NCBI GenBank assembly: GCA_004764695.1
Contig: SMSO01000035.1
Span: forward strand, 3,732,040-3,796,039
DNA: 64,000 nucleotides
Source: Schizochytrium sp. TIO01
Taxonomy: Eukaryota > Protista > Bigyra: Labyrinthulomycetes
Reading direction: 5' to 3'
The notes under the pieces are model-generated. The model saw only the letters and a list, made by a program, of their open reading frames with translations. It was not told the DNA's origin and ran no database searches. The translations under genes and the position numbers were made by a program. Of the stretch, positions 60,481-64,000 are shown one piece after another; within the stretch, counting starts at the first letter, position 1; each line of letters starts with the position of its first letter.

Positions 60481-63400
60481 ATTTAATTTGAAGGTCATGG
60501 CTTAGGTGTGTCGAAACCTGCAAAAAACTTGGTGATAAGTTCTTACTAAGCAATCAAGGCGAATTCAGAGAGAACATCCAGTCTAAATTAATAACAAGTT
60601 CGTGCCGCATTCGTCGTGATCTTCCTCTCTGCCTTCGGATTTGTTGCTCGAGCTTTATGGCGATAATTATCATAAGTATGTTGCTTGCGCTTATGATGTA
60701 TATGAAACAAACAATATAAGAACAGAAAACATAAAAACGAACACAACAGTTAAAAGGTGGGGCAAGCTAATATCATTTCCTCATGCGCTCTCCTCAGGCA
60801 CAGGCGTAGTCCTCTAAGACTCCCTCATAGGTCTGACTCAACACTTAGTGAAAAGGCCATGCGCGCTTTTTAAAGTTGCCGCACAGAGTGCAGTGCGAAC
60901 AGAACAAACCTTACCTACACAATAAGGGAAACTACTGTATGTAGTGGGTTTCAACCTTGCGAGCCACTCTTATAGTTCGGCTTTAATGGGTGTCAAGAAG
61001 AACCCACGAGCCATGCGAATCTCACCTTGTGAGCTCGCTGGTTCTCTTCGAACGAATTGAGCTACACATGTCATTAACTTGAACGTCCCAAAAGGCAGTT
61101 AGCTAGCTAGGTAAAGCGGGTGGTAGCTTTCTTTTTGTTATCCTAGCTGGACCCGAACACAGGTACCTAGTTGCACCATGAGTAACTAACTAGCTAGCTA
61201 CCTGGGTAGCAACTTCACTCGCAAGTTGAGCAGCATTATTACAATCTTCCGTTGCTTTAATCTATCAAACCAAAACATCAAAACAGCATTAAATAAAAAA
61301 CTACCAGCACCTTTTTTTGCGAATTCTTTTTCAGACCTTCAAATTGTAGTAACATGCCTACTTCACTCCAACAACATCATGACCTCAATTTTGCTTTTGT
61401 ATCACCATGGCAACTTAAGCTGTCCAACTTCAACAACTGCAGTGCACAAAACCACCTCGGATCCAAAATCCCTCAGTCCTCCCCTTTCGCGGCTTTCGAG
61501 ATTTCCATTTCGTGGCCTTTCTTTTACCTCCCCACGAGATGTGTGATGTGAAAAAAGAAAAGAAAAGAAAAAAAGTTGACATGAAATGATTAAAACATGG
61601 TCAAGCAAACTGCATACTACCTTTTAGTGCTATACACCAACACTACATATATTAGGAATTAGGAATCGCCCTCTTAAAGGTCGCTGTCTTTTGTGCGTCC
61701 GCCAGTGTTTTCGCCCATTTCCGTCTCCGTGCCGTACCTCAAGTGCCTTCCAAGTGAATTGGAAAACGGCTTACGCCGATTTATTTACTTTATAATATGT
61801 AATTTACCAAACACGAAACAAAAAACAAAAAACAAAAAACAAAAAACAAAAAAGCAGAAAACACAACTTGAGAACGAGATTAATAAATAAGACTTATGCA
61901 ACTGCATCGCAGAGCTTTCGCATTTTAATGCACTTCAACACAATCGCATTTCATTCGCGCTGCACTCCGTTCGTGGCCGACTCGAATTGCACGGTTGGCC
62001 ATGGCTTGTGACCACACCTGTCGCAGCTTCAAGCCTTACAAGCTGATGCTCTGAATCTGCTGCACCACAAGCGCGGAAAGAGGCCTCTCAGTGGTCATTC
62101 AGCTGAGCCCATAGCTTGTTCCAGCCTCTCCAAAGTCCAAAGAACTTCAAGGTGTTTTGATAGATTTGGTTGGACGGACGTCATCCCCATCGCTGTCACC
62201 GCCGTCGTCGCCATCTTCGCCGCCGTCGTCGTTGGCGCCAGTTCTGCCTTTAGAGTTCGCGTTCGCGGGATCGCTCAAGGTCCTCGAGAATTTTGATTTG
62301 TCTGTAAGCAAAGAACGCGATGCTTTAGGGAATAAACTCTGTCCGTTTCTTCTTCGTTTCTTCTTCAACGTCGGCCTCCACTTCTTCTCATCCTTTTTTT
62401 TCAATTGATTTAGATGTAGGCGCTCGCTCTCGTGATTCGATTGTGCTGTCGTGGTGCTGGGCTTCTCTTCGCTTGGCTTTGATTCTCGAAGGCTTATTCA
62501 AGGCTTTTAACAGTGGTGCATTGTGAATTGATTTGATTTGATCTGATCTGATTGATCCGATTGATGGGTTTGGTTGAATTGATTAAGTTTTGTAAAAAGA
62601 TATCGTCAACTGCGAAATCTGGACCGCTCGGTTCCGATCGTTTAAACCTTTCCGAGAACGTGGGACCATCATAGGTATAATAAATAGATCAAACAAATGC
62701 ACATCTGTCTTGAGCTCCACGCAATGAGCAACGATATCCTCACTTCTTCTGCGAGGAAGTCTTCGTCATTTTATGGTCGTCAGCGCCGTTGCCGTCATCC
62801 TCCTCGTGCGTGTCTTAAATCTTCAGGCTGGACAACCGGACCGAGAGACTTGAGAGAGTCGAGAGAACCGATGTCCTGAGAAATCAATCTCACATGGCCT
62901 GGGTGTCATTCTTCACGACGAGGGATCTCGGGCTATCCATTCCTTAAGCTCTGAGTCGTGAGCTCTGGCCGTAGATTCGTGCAGCTCCTTTGCCTCTTCG
63001 TGGCAGGCTCTGGGCTGGCCATCACTTGGGAGCACCTCCTGGCATTTCGAAATAAAGCACCAACCTTTCGTGGCACCCATAGGTTTGATTCGATGATTTG
63101 AAGGATTTCACCCTCGATTTGGGCATCGATGATGGCATATTTCCAATGTTCAATCATCACACTGTAATTCATGCTCGTGCATCTTGAAATTTAGTCTTTG
63201 CATACTAGGTACCTGCATTTTCTGGCCCTTAGTTCTCAGGGAGGATGCCCAGAATTGCGCAGCGAAGTAACGGGTGCTAAGCGTTAGTGCGGGTTTCGTT
63301 GAGCTCCGAGTGCAGATCAAGTCCGAGCAAAGCTTTCTTCGAGGTTCACAATCATTAGATTGCATTCGTATTCACTAATATTAACATTCATTTATTATTT

Positions 63401-64000
63401 ATTATTTATTATCATTATAATTATAAAATCAATCAAATAGCATAGCAATAACAATAACTATAGGGCAACAAAAAGGAGGGCTCCCTCAGGTCGTCCAGTA
63501 AAAGAAAAACTAAAGAAGAGAAAAGGAAAAGAAAAGAAAAAGAAAAAGGAAAAAGTTAATTCTCATACTACTGCTACTACTATAATAGGTACAATAAGAG
63601 AAGGATAACTAAGTGAATCAACTTTTATCGAACAAAACTTGCTTCTTCAAGGACACTCGAATAAAAGCACATCGCAGCACCAAACTGCAAACTCGTGGCA
63701 GAACCGAATTGCAATTCCAAAGCCGCTCCATATCCGGCGCCCGCCTTTCAATTCTGGGTTGGCAACAAGGTACGTACGGTGTCTTCAAGTTCTTCGATCT
63801 ACTCGAGAGCGCGAGCAATCTCATTGCCTCAGTATCGAGACGAGTTGAGGGCAAGCAAGGTTTATTGGTAAAACAGGGCTGCCTTGTGTGGACGCAGTGG
63901 GCATATATTACAAAGGGAACGCGGGGAACGTGTCAGTGGCGCAGAGCAGGTGCTGCGGAGGGAGGAGATCTTGAAGATCGATCAAATTGCAATTCGATCG

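Noticed and set aside
60940-61070. Possible structured ncRNA (gtgggtt...aacccac pairing)
   Set aside because: Only a 7-bp helix, with no recognisable RNA family motifs.

Overview
Eukaryotic, intron-poor, gene-dense window with no rRNA, tRNA or CRISPR detected. Flagellar dyneins, Cactin, a Rab, GT-AG introns and microsatellite-rich intergenic DNA fit a flagellated protist, plausibly a thraustochytrid/labyrinthulomycete (inference). Most genes are housekeeping: amino-acid transporter, LC8, DDX10/Dbp4, Rab32/38-like, AK6/Fap7, four-exon DNAL1, Cactin and a histidine phosphatase. Several proteins have unusual architectures: a hemerythrin with a CaaX box, a 2.3-kaa trefoil/FN2-like/PT/PKD/TSP1/EGF-TM-PH surface receptor, an M23 peptidase and an ankyrin-TPR-RGS-IQ protein. 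The main feature is 39.1-54.7 kb: two tandem head-to-head DnaJ(B)/Hsp104 pairs with heat-shock elements in their shared promoters. Between the pairs lies a 3,843-bp unrelated cassette flanked by a ~99% identical 1,503-bp direct duplication of host sequence, which leaves both neighbouring chaperone genes intact. The cassette carries an intact PD-(D/E)xK nuclease-kinase fusion gene (Crinkler/CR-effector- or Spok-like architecture) and a divergent frameshifted gene, making it a candidate selfish toxin-antidote element.
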